DNA of 64,000 nucleotides, from assembly GCF_006345805.1 (NCBI RefSeq), contig NC_043010.1, forward strand, positions 41,168,001-41,232,000. Direction: 5' to 3'. The stretch comes from Octopus sinensis. Taxonomy: Eukaryota. Below are positions 1 to 13,853 of this stretch, in pieces (within the stretch, counting starts at the first letter, position 1; each line of letters starts with the position of its first letter). The notes beneath the pieces are model-generated. The model was given only the letters and a program-made list of their open reading frames with translations, was not told the origin of the DNA and made no database searches. The position numbers were made by a program, and so were the translations under genes.

Positions 1-1278
1 TACGCTTCAGAGACAAGCATTAGTCGAGTACAGAGTGTAATAAGTGATTAAATAAATGACAAGGGAACAAGAAATTGTGTTATAAACTGCATTAGTTTAT
101 AGCTGTTTCTGCAATAAGATGCAATAATGCATCGATAGATTGGTGCACAAGCACTTAACTATGAATACATTGCATTCTGATGCAGAAAACAACACTAAGC
201 TAATGAAGCCGTTACATAATTTCTTGTTCTTGTCATTTACATCATATATATATATATATATATAATACCAGCAGAAATTGCCAAAGCATCGATAGAAAAA
301 ATTTGTGGTATTTCTTCCAGAATTTTTATGTTCTGAGTTCTAACCCTACCAAGGTCAACCATGCTTTTCAACATTTGATATAATAAAGAACTCACCCAAG
401 AAAATAGCTGGTTTTTTGTGGATAAATCTGAAACTCCATGCCCACCAACTCCATTGTCCACTCTCTATGTACTTCCACCACTTATTCCCTCCCTCAAATT
501 CACAAACTCAACAACCCTGGCTGCCCCAACATCTCTACTTGCTTTTGCCCCACTTCACATATTTCTATGGATGTAGAAGTATTTTCACATTTTCACAACC
601 CCAAGTTACTATTCCAGCCTCTATTACACTGATCTCATTATTTACCTCCCCAACTCCTAATTCCCTCAAAGCTCCTCTTTGCTCTTCTTCACTTAAAATA
701 TTGGTTTCAAATCTTGGTACTTTCAATATTCAATTTCTATACACAGTCATAGACAACCCTACACCTCTTAAGCTCAAAATTGCTATCTTTTCGGTCTATA
801 GTGCTATTTCTCACTATGGTTCACCCATTTTTCACTTTCATAAAGAACAATAGCTTATCTTCCACCTCGGATGCTTCCCTAGCACATCATAATTTACCGG
901 GATTACATACACACGCACTTTGAATACCATGCACACTCACAGACACCTCAAGTATCACATTCACTAATCTTATACATCTATACATTCACTAAGACTGAAG
1001 ACATCACACACATATGCACATACACAAATATAACTACAAAATTCACACATGCACACATTCTCAAAATCATACATTCCCACATAGAAACACACTGATATAC
1101 ACACCCCCTTACCTTACACATACACATCCTCAGCCAAGTTACCAAATATAAACATTTTGCCTTACTATAATGCAGTGCATGCACATCATATACACACATA
1201 CATGCAATTCCTATACCACACATACACAAATCCTATACATCCATACTTCCACATAGCCATATTACATTACACATATAC

Positions 1279-1685
1279 ACTCTTTTACTTATTTCAGTCA
1301 TTTGACTGTGGCCATGCTGGAGCACCACCTTTAGTCAAGCAAATCGCCCCCAGGACTTATTCTTTGTAAGCCTAATACTTATTCTATCAGTCTCTTTTGC
1401 CAAACCGCTAAGTCATGGGGAGGTAAACACACCAGCATTGGTTGTCAAGCGATATTGAGGGGACAAACACAGACCTACAAACACACACACACACACATAT
1501 CTATATATATATATACATATATACGACAGGCTTCTTTCAGTTTCCATCTAACAAATTCACTCACAAGGCCTTGGTCAGACCAAGGCTATAGTAGAAGACA
1601 CTTGCCCAAGGTACCTCACAGTGGGACTGAACCCGTAACCATGTGGTTGGTAAGTAAGCTACTTACCACACAGCCACTCCTGCGC
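1279..1685 (-). mobile_element. tRNA-head SINE, family B (GGAGTGGCTGTGTGGTAAG...GTAAAAGAG tail) with central (CA/TA)n
   Basis: Reverse complement of the copies at 4418, 23656 and 40005; A-box/B-box-like head. Confidence 0.85.
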
Positions 1686-2249
1686 TACACTAGTAAACGT
1701 ATTAGCTTCACACATACAAAAATACACACCATTCACCTTATACCAGCACAAACGCATACCAACACTTCACACACATGCACATGATTATCTTCTCCCTCTT
1801 CTCCTTCAAATCACACAACCACTGCATACACAACCAAATAGTCCACACATTCCTACACATCACATGAATTAATCCCACACACTCAAATATCCAACTAGAC
1901 CCTACAAGTCATACGCCTACACATACACGCAGATTGTTATCCCTACTGACAGTTACGAGATAGTTGGCTAATTGAAATCGGCATTTAGGTAGATATATGG
2001 ATACTTATTGATTGATAGTTTGACAGAATGATAAATAAAGAACTAAACTGACACATCCAGAGATGGACAGCTTCCCTAGCAGTGAGCGTCAATCTGATGC
2101 ACAAACTGACCACACAATACATGAGCTACATAGACAGACGTATTTCTTCATAGTTTCATAGAGAAATTTACAGACAGAAAGTTATATATATATATATGTA
2201 TATGTGTGTGTTTGTTTACATGTGTGTGTGTGTGTGTGTGAGTGTGTGT

Positions 2250-2280
<31 letters not shown>

Positions 2281-2644
2281 CATGTGTGTACATACATATG
2301 GTACATACAACCATGAGCCATACTCGCAACTTTCACCCATCTCCCAACAATTTTACTGGGATTGGAACCTCATTCACCTTCCTCTCCACCATCATCTTCT
2401 TTGAGAATGAAACTTTCAAAAGTCAATGAAGGTTTGGCTGAAGAAGCAAGAATGTCTTTTTAGTCCTTTCAATCACATTCACCATGGCCACTTCCACCAC
2501 AGCCAGGCAAAGACTACCTGCCCTTCCCAGCCAAACAAAGACAACTAGACAATCTCAGTAATAATAATTATATGTAACATAGGCACAAGGCCTGAAACAG
2601 GGTATCAACCCCAGTTTTTCACAGCTCCTTTAGTTTAAAAAATA

Positions 2645-2880
2645 ATAAATGCGCCCTTTTAAAGCCTAGCCAGACTCATGGGCCCAGTTTCCCGGTTTCT
2701 ATGGCATATGTGTTCCCCAGCTGGACAGGATGCCAGTCCATCGCAGCATTACTCATTTTTGCCAGCTATGAAATGAAGTGTTTTGCTCAAGAACACAATG
2801 CATTGCCCAGTCCATGAATCAAAACCACAATCTTACAATCATGATGCTGACACTCTAACCACTTAGCCACACGCCTCCAC
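2645..2880 (-). mobile_element. tRNA-head SINE with a V-domain-like core (GCGATGGACTGGCATCCTGTCCAG)
   Basis: Minus-strand head GTGGAGGCGTGTGGCTAAGTGGTTAG; the core resembles the V-SINE central domain (from memory); a related fragment lies at about 49860-49950. Confidence 0.55.
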
Positions 2881-3389
2881 TCCTTTAGTTTAGTAACACC
2901 AAAAGGAGAAAATGCAAAATTGACCTTGCTAGGATCTGAACTCAGAATACAAAAAACCAGACCAAATACTACAAAGCATTTTTTTTTTCTTACACACTAA
3001 CAATACTGCCAGCTTGAAACCCCTTCAATAACAATTATTTCTAACACAGGTGCAAAATCCCACATTTTGTGGAAGGCTATATATAAAAGGATTATGTTAC
3101 AGGATTATGTAAGAGATTCCGTTGAGATTTTGCTGATAATTATCACATCAGTTTAATCAAATTTTTCTCTTGCCTGCAAAATATTCTGGCCTTGTGCCTA
3201 CAGGAGAAAACATTACATTGTTTGATGTGAGGAAGCAAAGCTAAAATCCAAACAGTCTTTTGTATTCGACTGGCTGACAAATATAGTGAGAGTAAGTAGC
3301 TGGAAATGTTACTGAATTGTTGTATCACATGACAGCACAGAACTTAGTTCTATGCTGCGCGTATGTGCATGCGTATGTGTGTGCGTGCA

Positions 3390-3423
<34 letters not shown>

Positions 3424-3659
3424 CACACACAAGCTTGTATGTGTTTGTGTGTGTGTATTTTCATATGAATGCACAAACAGCACTTACTGGCAAGAAAAAT
3501 TAGTTCAGTAATAAGATCACTATGATGATCTTATACTATACTATTCACACACATACACACCCACACATACACACACACACACACATACATACACACAACA
3601 TGCATGCACATATCTGCGCACACATGTACCCAAAGCTAACTAAAATTCTTACAACTTGG

Positions 3660-3900
3660 GAATGATGATTACTATGAAGACGATGATTGATAGTGATGAC
3701 AGTGATGACAACTAAAATGATGACAACAATGATGATAAAGATGATAATGATGATGATGATGACACCAATAATGATGATGAAGTTAACAAAGATGATACAT
3801 GATCATCACTACTGTACTGGTAATAAAGATAATGATAATACTGGTGATAATAATGACAATGATAAAAGAAGATAACAAGAGCATTTACATGACCATGATA
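3660..3900. repeat. Degenerate (GAT/AAT)n trinucleotide tract
   Basis: Direct reading; a comparable (CAT)n tract lies at 14930-15250. Confidence 0.85.
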
Positions 3901-4417
3901 AATAGTGATGGTGAGGATGTCAGAACAACAGGAACATACAGACAGGATAGATTTGTTGTTTTATTTTTATTTATTTATTTATTTATTTTTTCAGTTTGTT
4001 ACTCTGAAGAAAAAAACAGTAAGCCTATTATAGCCTTCTAAGGCTTTCTTGGACTGGAGAGCAGGCAACAGAATGGTTAAGACGAAGCAGGTATGGTTAT
4101 AGTACAGTTGTAAGTATAGTGGTACAGGATAGAGGGAGAAGAGGATAAAAAGGGAGATCAGTTCCAAAGAAATACAGCAGGCTTTGGCAGGAGGCTTGGA
4201 GAAAATGTTTAGCATATGATTCTAGGCTTGGAAGAGTGGCAAGAAGCTGGAAATGATAATTAAACACATTTGTGGGAACGGGGATGCAAAGGCATTGAAT
4301 GCAATCAGATGGAGAAGGTTGAACTGCAAAACAACTAATGCAGTTATAGTGTTGGCATATTCAGAGAACAGAGAATCTATTGTATGTAGGTGTGCATGTG
4401 CTTATTTAAAAATACAT

Positions 4418-4583
4418 AGGAGTGGCTGTGTGGTAAGTAGCTTGCTTACCAACCACATGGTTCAGGGTTCAGTACCACCGCGTGGCACCTTGGGCAAGTG
4501 TCTTGTACTATAGCCTCGGACTGACCAAAGCCTTATGAGTGGATTTGGTAGACGGAAACTGAAAGAAGCCTGTCATATATATG

Positions 4584-4614
<31 letters not shown>

Positions 4615-4864
4615 TGTGTGTGTGTGTGTGTGTATGTGTGTGTGTGTGTGTGTTTGTGTGTCTGTGTTTGTCCCCCCCAACATCACTTGACAACCAATGC
4701 TGTTGTGTTTACGTCCCCGTAACTTAGCAGTTCGGCAAAAGACACCGAAAGAATAAGTACTTGGCTTACAAAGAATAAGTCCTGGGGTTGATTTGCTCGA
4801 CTAAAGGCAGTGCTCCAGCATGGCTGTAATCAAATGACTGAAACAAGTAAAAGAGTAAAGAGTA
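4418..4864 (+). mobile_element. SINE family B
   Basis: Full head, (TG)n middle and GTAAAAGAGTAAAGAG tail. Confidence 0.88.
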
Positions 4865-5296
4865 TATATATATACATATATATATATAGATATATATATA
4901 GATAGATATATATGCAGACACATACATGTGTCTATAGATATGCATACACACAAATAACTATGATTGGCACTCTGTCAGTTACAACAAGGATTCCAGTTGA
5001 TCTGATTAACAGAACACCCTGCTCATGAAATTGATATGCAAGTAGCCGAGCACTCCACAGACATGTGTGCCCATAATGGCTGGCCCTTTTGAAATACAGA
5101 GAGTACTCGTTTTTGCCAGCTGAGTGGACTGGAGCAATGTGAGAAATAGAGTGTCTTGTTCAAAGACACAAACAACATGCTTCCGGTTTTCAAACTCACA
5201 ACTTTACAATTGTGAGTTGACTACCCTGTCCACTAAGCCATACACCTTCACATCTTCATAGATACACACACACACACACACATGTGTATATATATA

Positions 5297-5341
<45 letters not shown>

Positions 5342-5342
5342 A

Positions 5343-6270
5343 TATGGAATTCAAAACTGGATGCCTGTGGGAACTGCTGTATACTGATGACCTTGCTCTT
5401 ATTGCAGAATCTTTAGCAGAATTGGAGAAGAAATTCCAGGCCTTAAAGTTAACCCAGCAAAGACCAAAGTTGTTGTCAGTAAGAAAGAAGATAAAACTCT
5501 CTGTAGGAAATGAGTTGGAAGAAATTGCAGTTGCTGCACCCATTGTGAACTATGGACACATTAGTGGAATCACAGGTAGATTGACAGATAAGTTGTCTTT
5601 GTCTGTGGCAAATGTTCAGGAACAATAAGCACTAAGAGTACAGAGGGCTTAGATTCTCTCAAATGCCAAGAAGGCTCTCTTGAGGATGTAGATAGTTTTT
5701 GTTACGTAGGTGACCAAAATAGTGATGGTGGAGAATGCTCTGAAAGTATTGTTTCTAAAATAAGAATAGGGTGGAGGAAGTTCAGAGAGTTATTACCTCT
5801 GTTGGCAACAAAAGGACTCTCTCTCTCTCACAGTGAAAGGTAGACTGTATGATGCTTGTGTGTGAATGGCTATACTCCATGGTAGTGAGACATCAGCTCT
5901 GAATACAGAAGACATGTGAAGACTGGAGAGAAATGAAGGCAGTATGCTCCATTAAATGTGCAACATCAGTGTGCATGTAGGATAAAGTGCAAATGTGTTG
6001 AGAGAAAAGTCAGGCATAAAAGGAATCAAATGTAGCATGCAAGAGAGAAGACTTCGATGGTTTGGATATGTGATGTGTATGAATGAAGACAGCTGCATAA
6101 AGAAGTGCTGGCCACTGAAAATGGATGGCACCCACAGAAGAGGGAGACCCAAAAAGACGTGGGATGAAGTGGTAAGGACCGATCTCAGGATGCTGGGCCT
6201 CACAGAGGAAATGATAATGGACCTAAATGTCCTGCAATGTGAGGTTCTTGAGAAGACCCACCCACATCAG
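5343..6270 (+). mobile_element. Degenerate RTE-clade LINE (RT to C-terminus)
   Basis: WELLYTDDLALIAES (YADD motif) and RRLRWFGYV...GRPKKTWDEVV in broken frames. Confidence 0.85.
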
Positions 6271-7889
6271 TGAAACTAAGTTCTAGAAGTGCTGTGTGTC
6301 TCACTCACATATAACAAAAAAAAATTCTCAACAACCCTACCACAACAAACCAAACTACATCTCTTCTCTCTCTTCCTCATATTTCCACTTTATGCATTGT
6401 GCTTACCTCCCACTCCCCAATTTTGTCCTCTTGGCCCTGTCTGACTGTATCGTTGCTATACCCTGGCCCCCAATTTGTGTTCCACCCACGCATACAAAGA
6501 AAACATTTCATACACCCTTCCCCAACAAACTAATTTACATCACTTCTCTTTCTCACATTTCCTCCTTCATAAGCTATGCCTACTTCTCACTACCCAATCC
6601 TGTCCTCACAGCCCTGTTTCTATGTATCATTGCTATCGAGTAACCCCCCCATACCACCACCACTACTCTATATACCCAGCTTTTCACCACTCACTTCCTC
6701 TCCCCACTCTCTAATCATGCTTCTTTGGCAATATCCTGCCACTTATATTATGACCTTTGAACCTCAAAGGTATGCCCTGGCACTTGCCACCATCTATATC
6801 TCTCTCTTCCTTTACTCAACCATCCCATTTATATTCTGATCTCTGTCCCTTGTGAGTGTATCTAGCACTTTGTCACCACCTCTACCCTGCTGTCTCCCAC
6901 TCTGTCCTTCTCCTGTACTTCCCTCAGGTTGGATAACCATGTATCTTCTTTGCGGCAGAACACCTGTTTCTGTCCTCATTGCTGATCTCTCTCTCTCTCT
7001 CTCTCTCCGGCCAGGTAACCTTGTACCTCCTCTACGGCAAGACACCTGTTTCTGTCTCTCTGTCTCACCACAACCCTTCATCATCTGACACAAGATCACT
7101 GCTTCCAATACAGCCTCCCCTCTCAAAAGATTTTTGTCTTGCAAGTTACTTGATGACCCTGTCAGTGCAGGTGCCACTTAAAAAGCATTCAGTCCACACT
7201 ATAAAGTGGTTGGCACTTGGAAGGGCACCTAGCTGTAAAAACTTTGCCAAAACTGACCTCACTTATGCTTGTGCCACATAAAAAGCACTAAGTCCATTCT
7301 GCTGGGTGGTTGGTGTTAGGAAAGGCATCCAGCTGTAACAATCCTGCCAAAACAGTCACAGAAGTCTAGTGCAGGCTTCTGCCTGGCTGGTTCCTGTCAA
7401 ACTGTTCCACCCAAGCCAGTATGGAAGGCAGATGTTAAATGATGATGATGATATATACACACAAACATACATATCATCAGTAGTCAACATCCAGCTTCTA
7501 TGCTGGTATGGCTTGAATGGTTCAAAAGAATTTAATAAATCAGAGATCAACATTATACACCAATATCTACTTCAGTATGGTTTCTATGGCTTGATGCCCT
7601 TCCTTATGCCAACCATTTTACAGAGTGTTCTGGATGCTTTTTTTATGACACCAGCACTAGTGAAGATTATCTTGTACTTTGCTAGACTACGGATCAAAAG
7701 GATGACCCTGTAATTGAGGGAGAATGGAAGAGAAAGGCTGTGGTGTTTCTAGGCCAGGTGATGAAGGAGGGTGAGCAAGACGTAAGAAACAGATTTATAG
7801 TTGTGATGGAATGGTAGTAAAGAGAGTCACAGAGTAGGAAAGTTAACACTAATTCAGATCTGGTCACTTTATCAATGTAACTACACATG

Positions 7890-8460
7890 TGCTGTTGGCG
7901 ATTTCTTTTCCTTGGACTTTTCCCTTTCTCCTTTCCGACAAAGAGCTATACTTGAAACATCAAACTCTTTCTTTTTACCGAGCATCAAGCAAATACATAT
8001 CCTTGTGCTAGTCCTCTTGTTGTCTGTTAATTTTATTATTTATTTATTTGAACTGACTAAGTATATATATTTCGTTTTAGGATTTGGTTTGCAAGATTCT
8101 TTATATGAGGTCGTGTGTTGAAGCATATTCTGTTGTGTCTAGGGAGAGTCATTTTCTTTTTGTGCCTTATAATTTAACACACTCACCGGTAAAATTTCCA
8201 CTTATTTCTTATTTTTATTTTCCTAAAATTTTCGTTATGTCTTCCAACCTTTTCAATAGTCTTGACTCTCAAGTCAAGACTATTGAAAAGGTTGCAAGAC
8301 TATTGGAAAGGTTGCAAGTCAAGTCAAGACTATTGAAAAGATTGCAAAACGCAACGAAAATATTAGGAAAATAAAAATAAGAAATAAGTGGAAATTTTAC
8401 CGATGAATGTGTTCAATTATAAGGCACAAAAAGAAAATGACTCTCCCCAGACACAACAGA
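7890..8460. mobile_element. Foldback element with 108-bp inverted arms; possibly a Penelope-like fragment
   Basis: 8129-8236 is the near-perfect reverse complement of 8353-8460; GACTAAGTATA occurs at both 8055 and 8459; a degenerate CTGA..GAAAC-like motif lies at 7935-7961. Confidence 0.5.
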
Positions 8461-8469
8461 CTAAGTATA

Positions 8470-8479
8470 CAAACACACA

Positions 8480-8525
<46 letters not shown>

Positions 8526-9178
8526 CCCCATTGGCGCATATACATAGAGAGGAAGGGTGAAAGCAAAGGAACAGAGAGAGAAAAGGGGACAGGGTAACAG
8601 AGAGAGTAACAGGCAGCCAGGCAGACAGACAGTTAGCCAGATCTCCATAGCATGCCAATGTTTGTAAACAGATGGTAACTAAAGGTGTGTGCCTGTCAGT
8701 CAAATACCTTTCCAATAGAATTACACTCTTGGTTGTGTGTGTGTGTGTGTGGTGTGTGTGTGTGTGTGTGTGTGCATGCGTGCATATGTGTGTGTGCTTG
8801 TGTTTGTGAGTGTGTCTGCATGTCTGTGTGCATGTGTATGTGTGTACATGTGTGTGTGTGTCCGTACACATGTATGCTTGTGTATATACAACTGGGTAAA
8901 CATATATGTCTGTTGAACTTGTGTCTACATGTATACTTAGGCTTAATATATTGGGTAGTATATGATTATATACACTTTTCTGTGTGGGCATACGTGTTTG
9001 TATGTGTACGTGTTAGTGTGTGTTCCAGTACGTGTTGCTAACGGGGTTTGTGTGACACATCTATGCACTATACTACCCAGTCATTTCATTACAAAGAAAG
9101 TCACTATTTCAAAAATAAACATCACAAAGAAAGGTATTATTGTGTGTGCAATTCATGTTTTTAATAACTGCCAGTGTG

Positions 9179-9243
<65 letters not shown>

Positions 9244-9324
9244 GGTACAACAAAGCACCAAAGTTCACTGGAAATAGCAGTCAATACATTTACGATGCTA
9301 TAATAAAGCTTCAATGTGTATATA

Positions 9325-9359
<35 letters not shown>

Positions 9360-9627
9360 AAATCCTCAAAAAGCCTTGTGAAAAACAGCTACCCTGAGTT
9401 TCCTGGACAAAATATTTATTCATTTCACTATTTATCAAACTGATAAGATGGTTTAGTGACTGCGTTCAATGCAATCAACATTTGAACTACTCATATATAT
9501 ATATATTCGTCTCCAATGAAGAGATATTATTAATTAATATCCTAGAAACAGCTGTAAGACCTTCTATCTATAAATGCTCTGATATCTATACAGCCTTGGG
9601 TTCTTTTATCTTATTACGCAAAAACTT

Positions 9628-9666
<39 letters not shown>

Positions 9667-10397
9667 GTATATATACAGGAAAAGAGAGACAGACAGACAG
9701 AGAGATATATCTATACATCGATATACACACATGTATAAAATACAAATATATATTTATGTATATGTTTATGCATATGCATGTATATACATACATACACATA
9801 CATATATACACATACCTATATGTAAATATATATTTTTTTATTGAAGAGGTCACGCAATGGCCATTTCACCCAAAAGATCTTTCTGAATATAACCAAATTT
9901 GAAATGGCTGTTATATGAACTCCTGGAGAGAAATATATAAAACTACATTTGTTATGTATTGAGTGCTAAATTTGAAACACGTCTACTTAGTCTGAAAACC
10001 TAAAAAAATGAAAACACAATCTGTGCATATACACACATGCACACACACACACAAACATATATATGTACATATATATGTACACATACATATATGTGTATAT
10101 ATATATGTGTGCATATATATATATATGTATATATGTGCATGTATGTATATATATATAATATATATATATATCATCATCATCACACACATATATATGTATG
10201 TATGTGCGTGTGTTTGTGTAGGGGTGGGTGGGTATGCACACACAAATTTTTTTAATCGACTTCAATTGAACCAATTACAGTGAAGTAAATACATAAAATG
10301 TGCTTGTGTGCATTCTCTTCTCTTTACTTACACATCCTGCTTTGCACCTCTCTTCTTTCACACCACTTCTCTCTCTCTCTCTCTACATGTACATATA

Positions 10398-10433
<36 letters not shown>

Positions 10434-11160
10434 TATACACATATATACATATATATATATATATTTATACACATACATACATATATATATACATATATGT
10501 ATATACACACACACACACACACACAAACACACACCTATCCCACAATATTTTTTTCTCATAAACATAATTTCCAAATCACTATTTCTAACTTTCCACATGT
10601 ACAACTAACCATGCTGTAACTCTCCCCTCTCTTTCTCTCATTCATTCTCTCTCTCTCCCTCTTTCCCTCTCTTCCTCTCTCTCTCTCTCCCTTCCTCTTT
10701 CCCTCTCACTCTCTCGCCATTTACACTCCCTCATATCTCATTCCCTCTCTTTTGTTTCACTTTTACACGCTCGCTCTTATATCACAACTTTTACATCATC
10801 CTCCACCCCTTATTCCCTCCCCCACCATAGGCTCCCTTTGCTCTTTCTGTTCCATAACCTCACATCCACCCACCTCCTTCCATACTTGCCCTCCCCAGTA
10901 CTACAATTTCAAACAACCTCAGATGTGTCTGTGGGGTGGGAGCACTGCTTCTCTTCTTCAGACTAATTCCAAAATATGCACACAGTTTGAGGAGCCATAC
11001 ATATATTCATATATACATGCACACACATATACATTCATATATTTACATATACACTCATTCTCCTGCATATACATACATGTATGTATATATACACAAACAT
11101 TTGCATATATTCTCTCAATCTCACTCTCACTGAAACACACACACACACACACAATATAAT
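8470..11160. repeat. Dense (CA/TG)n, (TA)n, (GA)n microsatellite and low-complexity field
   Basis: Direct reading; explains the many H/T/Y/I- and C/V-rich ORFs. Similar fields at about 900-1280, 12600-13130, 37450-38260 and 42240-42480 ((TACA)n). Confidence 0.9.
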
Positions 11161-11294
11161 CATTAGAAAAATATTCTAAATATAAATCCATTGAACATTT
11201 TATAAATGAAATACTGTCCCCTGTAAATATATACAGAGAAACTCAGAGCTCTTGCAAGTAAGTGTATATATATTATATAGGGGCAATAAACAGT

Positions 11295-12462
11295 GAAAAT
11301 GTGCAGAGAACAACTTCCGCCATATCCCAGGGAGAAAAACTAGAAGTAGTTGATAGCTTCTGTTACCTAGGTGATCAAGTCAGTAACGGGGGAGGGTGCA
11401 CTGAAAGTGTAGCTGCCAGAATAAGAATAGCCAGGGCAAAATTCAGAGAGCTCTCACCTCTGCTGGTGACAAAGGGCCTCTCGCTCAGAGTAAAAGGTAA
11501 ACTGTATGATGCATGTGTACGAACAGCCATGCTACATGGCAGTGAAATATGGGCCGTGATTGCTGAGGACATGTGTAAGCTCGCAAGGAATGAAGCCAGT
11601 ATGATCCAATGGATGTGTAATGTCAGTTTACATACTTGACAGAGTGTAAGTACTTTGAGAGAAAAGTTGAACCTAAGAAGAATCAGATGTAGTATGCAAG
11701 AGAGACGACTGCGCTGGTATGGTCATGTGGCAAGAATGGATGAAGATAGCTGTGTGAAAAAGTGCCACACCCTAGCGGTTGGGGGAACTTGTGGAAGAGG
11801 TAGACCCAGGAAGACTTGGGATGAAGTGGTGAAGCATAAGCTTCGAACATTAGGCCTCACTGAGGTAATGACTAGTAACCGAGACTTTTGGAAATATACT
11901 GCCAAATGAGACCATAACTTCATGACCTATGCCAGGGGTGTAACCAGCCTGCTTATGTGTACCTTTCCTTCATCGGACACTAAACTCTGCTTGCGAAGAC
12001 CTGTTGAGGCAAGTAAAATCGAAATCAAATTCAATGACTGGCTTCCATGCTAGTGGAGTGCTAAGAGCGAGATCGTTGCCAGAGCGGCTAACTGGCTTCC
12101 ATGCCAGTGGCACGTAAAAAGCACCATTCGAGTGTGATCGTTCCCAGCGTCGCCTTACTGGTACTTGTGCTGGTGGCATGTGAAAAAAACATTCGAGCGA
12201 GGTCATTGCCAGTGCCACTGGACTGGCTCCTGTGCAGGTGACACGTAAAAAACACCATTTAAGCATGGCCGTTGCCAGTACAACCTGACTGGCCCTTGTG
12301 CTGGTGGCATGTAAAAGCACCCACTATACTCTCGGAGTGGTTGGCGTTAGGAAGGGTATCCAGTTGTAGAAACTCTGCCAGATCAAGTTTGGAGCCTGGT
12401 GCAGCCATCTGGTTCACCAGTCCTCAGTCAAATTATCCAACCCATGCTAGCATGGAAAGCAT
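11295..12462 (+). mobile_element. 5'-truncated RTE-clade LINE with long repetitive 3' UTR
   Basis: LEVVDSFCYLGDQVS...ARIRIARAKFREL...RRLRWYGHVARMDE...GRPRKTWDEVV, then the modular 3' UTR shared with 31822, 47872 and others. Confidence 0.9.
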
Positions 12463-13620
12463 GCACACACACACACATGCTCATACATGGCCACATAAAT
12501 TAACATCTGCATGAAAAACCACCAAACATATATATAAGTACACAGAGCGCCAGCTCAAGATACTGGCAACTTGAGCAGTCACCCAGGGCATCCTGTGGTA
12601 GGGGACATCAAGGAGGGCATGAGAAAGATAAAGAAATTTCCATGATTGTCAGCTTGTACATGCCGCAGTTCATCTTCCTTGCAATGCCAGCAACCGTAGG
12701 GCCAGCCCTGAATACACTCATATGCACACACACATACACACACACGCACACACCTTTAAACATACGTCTGCACATAGTCTCACACACATACAGAACCATA
12801 CCCATATGTAGATTTCTACCTACACTATTTCTGACACACACACGCACATATACACATATTTCTACATACATACACATATCCACACATAATGACACATGCA
12901 TGTACAAACATACTCACATACACACATTCTCCTGCATATGTAAACAAATTTCTACATACATCCACACGCACACACATAATTAACACATACACGTACAAAT
13001 ATACTTGCATACACATACATTCCCCCCTACACACATACACAGAATTCTATATACATTCACCCATACACATATACAAACATAAATTTCTATATATCTCCAT
13101 ATACACCCTCATACAAATGTACAAAGATCCAAAACATCTCTAGTCCAAAAGACTTACCCCTTAAATATTTCTGTTGAAATATGTTACTTTTTTTATCTTA
13201 ATTGATTTTGAAAATGATGAGGAATTTGCTAAAATAACTTCGTCATTATTAATTTGGTGTTTTAAAACAAAAATTAACAAAATTTTGATGGAAAGTTTTA
13301 ATTTATATCACCAACCCTTTAACATTCAAATGAAATACTTATTCATTCACATCATTTTAAATTAATCATGGATTACCTCATGTGTAGGCATGCGGCTTGG
13401 TGGTTAGGGTATTTCGTTCGTGATTGTAAGGTCATGAGCTCAATTCCCAGTCACACGCTGTGTCCTTGAGCAAGACATTTTATTTTACATGAGTGTTCGG
13501 CCTCACAGAAGCAATGACCAAGACCTTTGGCATCATGTCGTACTTGAGAAGGAGACCCATCAAGCTGAGCAAAATCACAGTTGTGGCAGGTACCAGTGTC
13601 ATGCAAATTGGTACTCAAAC

Positions 13621-13853
13621 CTATTTCTTTACTACCCACAAGGGGCTAAACACAGAGGGGACAAACAAGGCCAAACAAACAGAATAAGTTGATTATATCG
13701 ACCCCAGTGCGTAACTGGCACTTATTTAATCGACCCCGAAAGGATGAAAGGCAAAGTCAACCTCAGCGGAATTTGAACTCAGAACATAAAGACAGACGAA
13801 ATACAACTAGGCATTTCGCCCAACGTGCTAACATTTCTGCCAACTCGCCGCCT
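13621..13853 (-). mobile_element. tRNA-head SINE, family A (AAGGCGGCGAGCTGGCAG...GTAAAGAAATA)
   Basis: Reverse complement of the copies at 33336, 43565, 49964, 51297 and 57408. Confidence 0.88.

Noticed and set aside
237-461. Minus-strand ORF with a good TGG|GTGAGT donor as a possible FAM184 exon
   Set aside because: Upstream sequence is purine-rich with no acceptor, and the peptide has no coiled-coil character.
416-853. 145-aa plus-strand ORF
   Set aside because: C/T-rich low-complexity sequence, no recognisable motif or splice structure.
8461-10619. Many 70-176 aa ORFs rich in H/T/Y/I/C/V
   Set aside because: Translations of (CA)n/(TA)n microsatellites, which lack stops in some frames.
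12050-12320. Repeat-spacer appearance suggesting a CRISPR array
   Set aside because: Eukaryotic DNA; the 'spacers' are homologous to each other, the array follows an RTE ORF and there are no cas genes.
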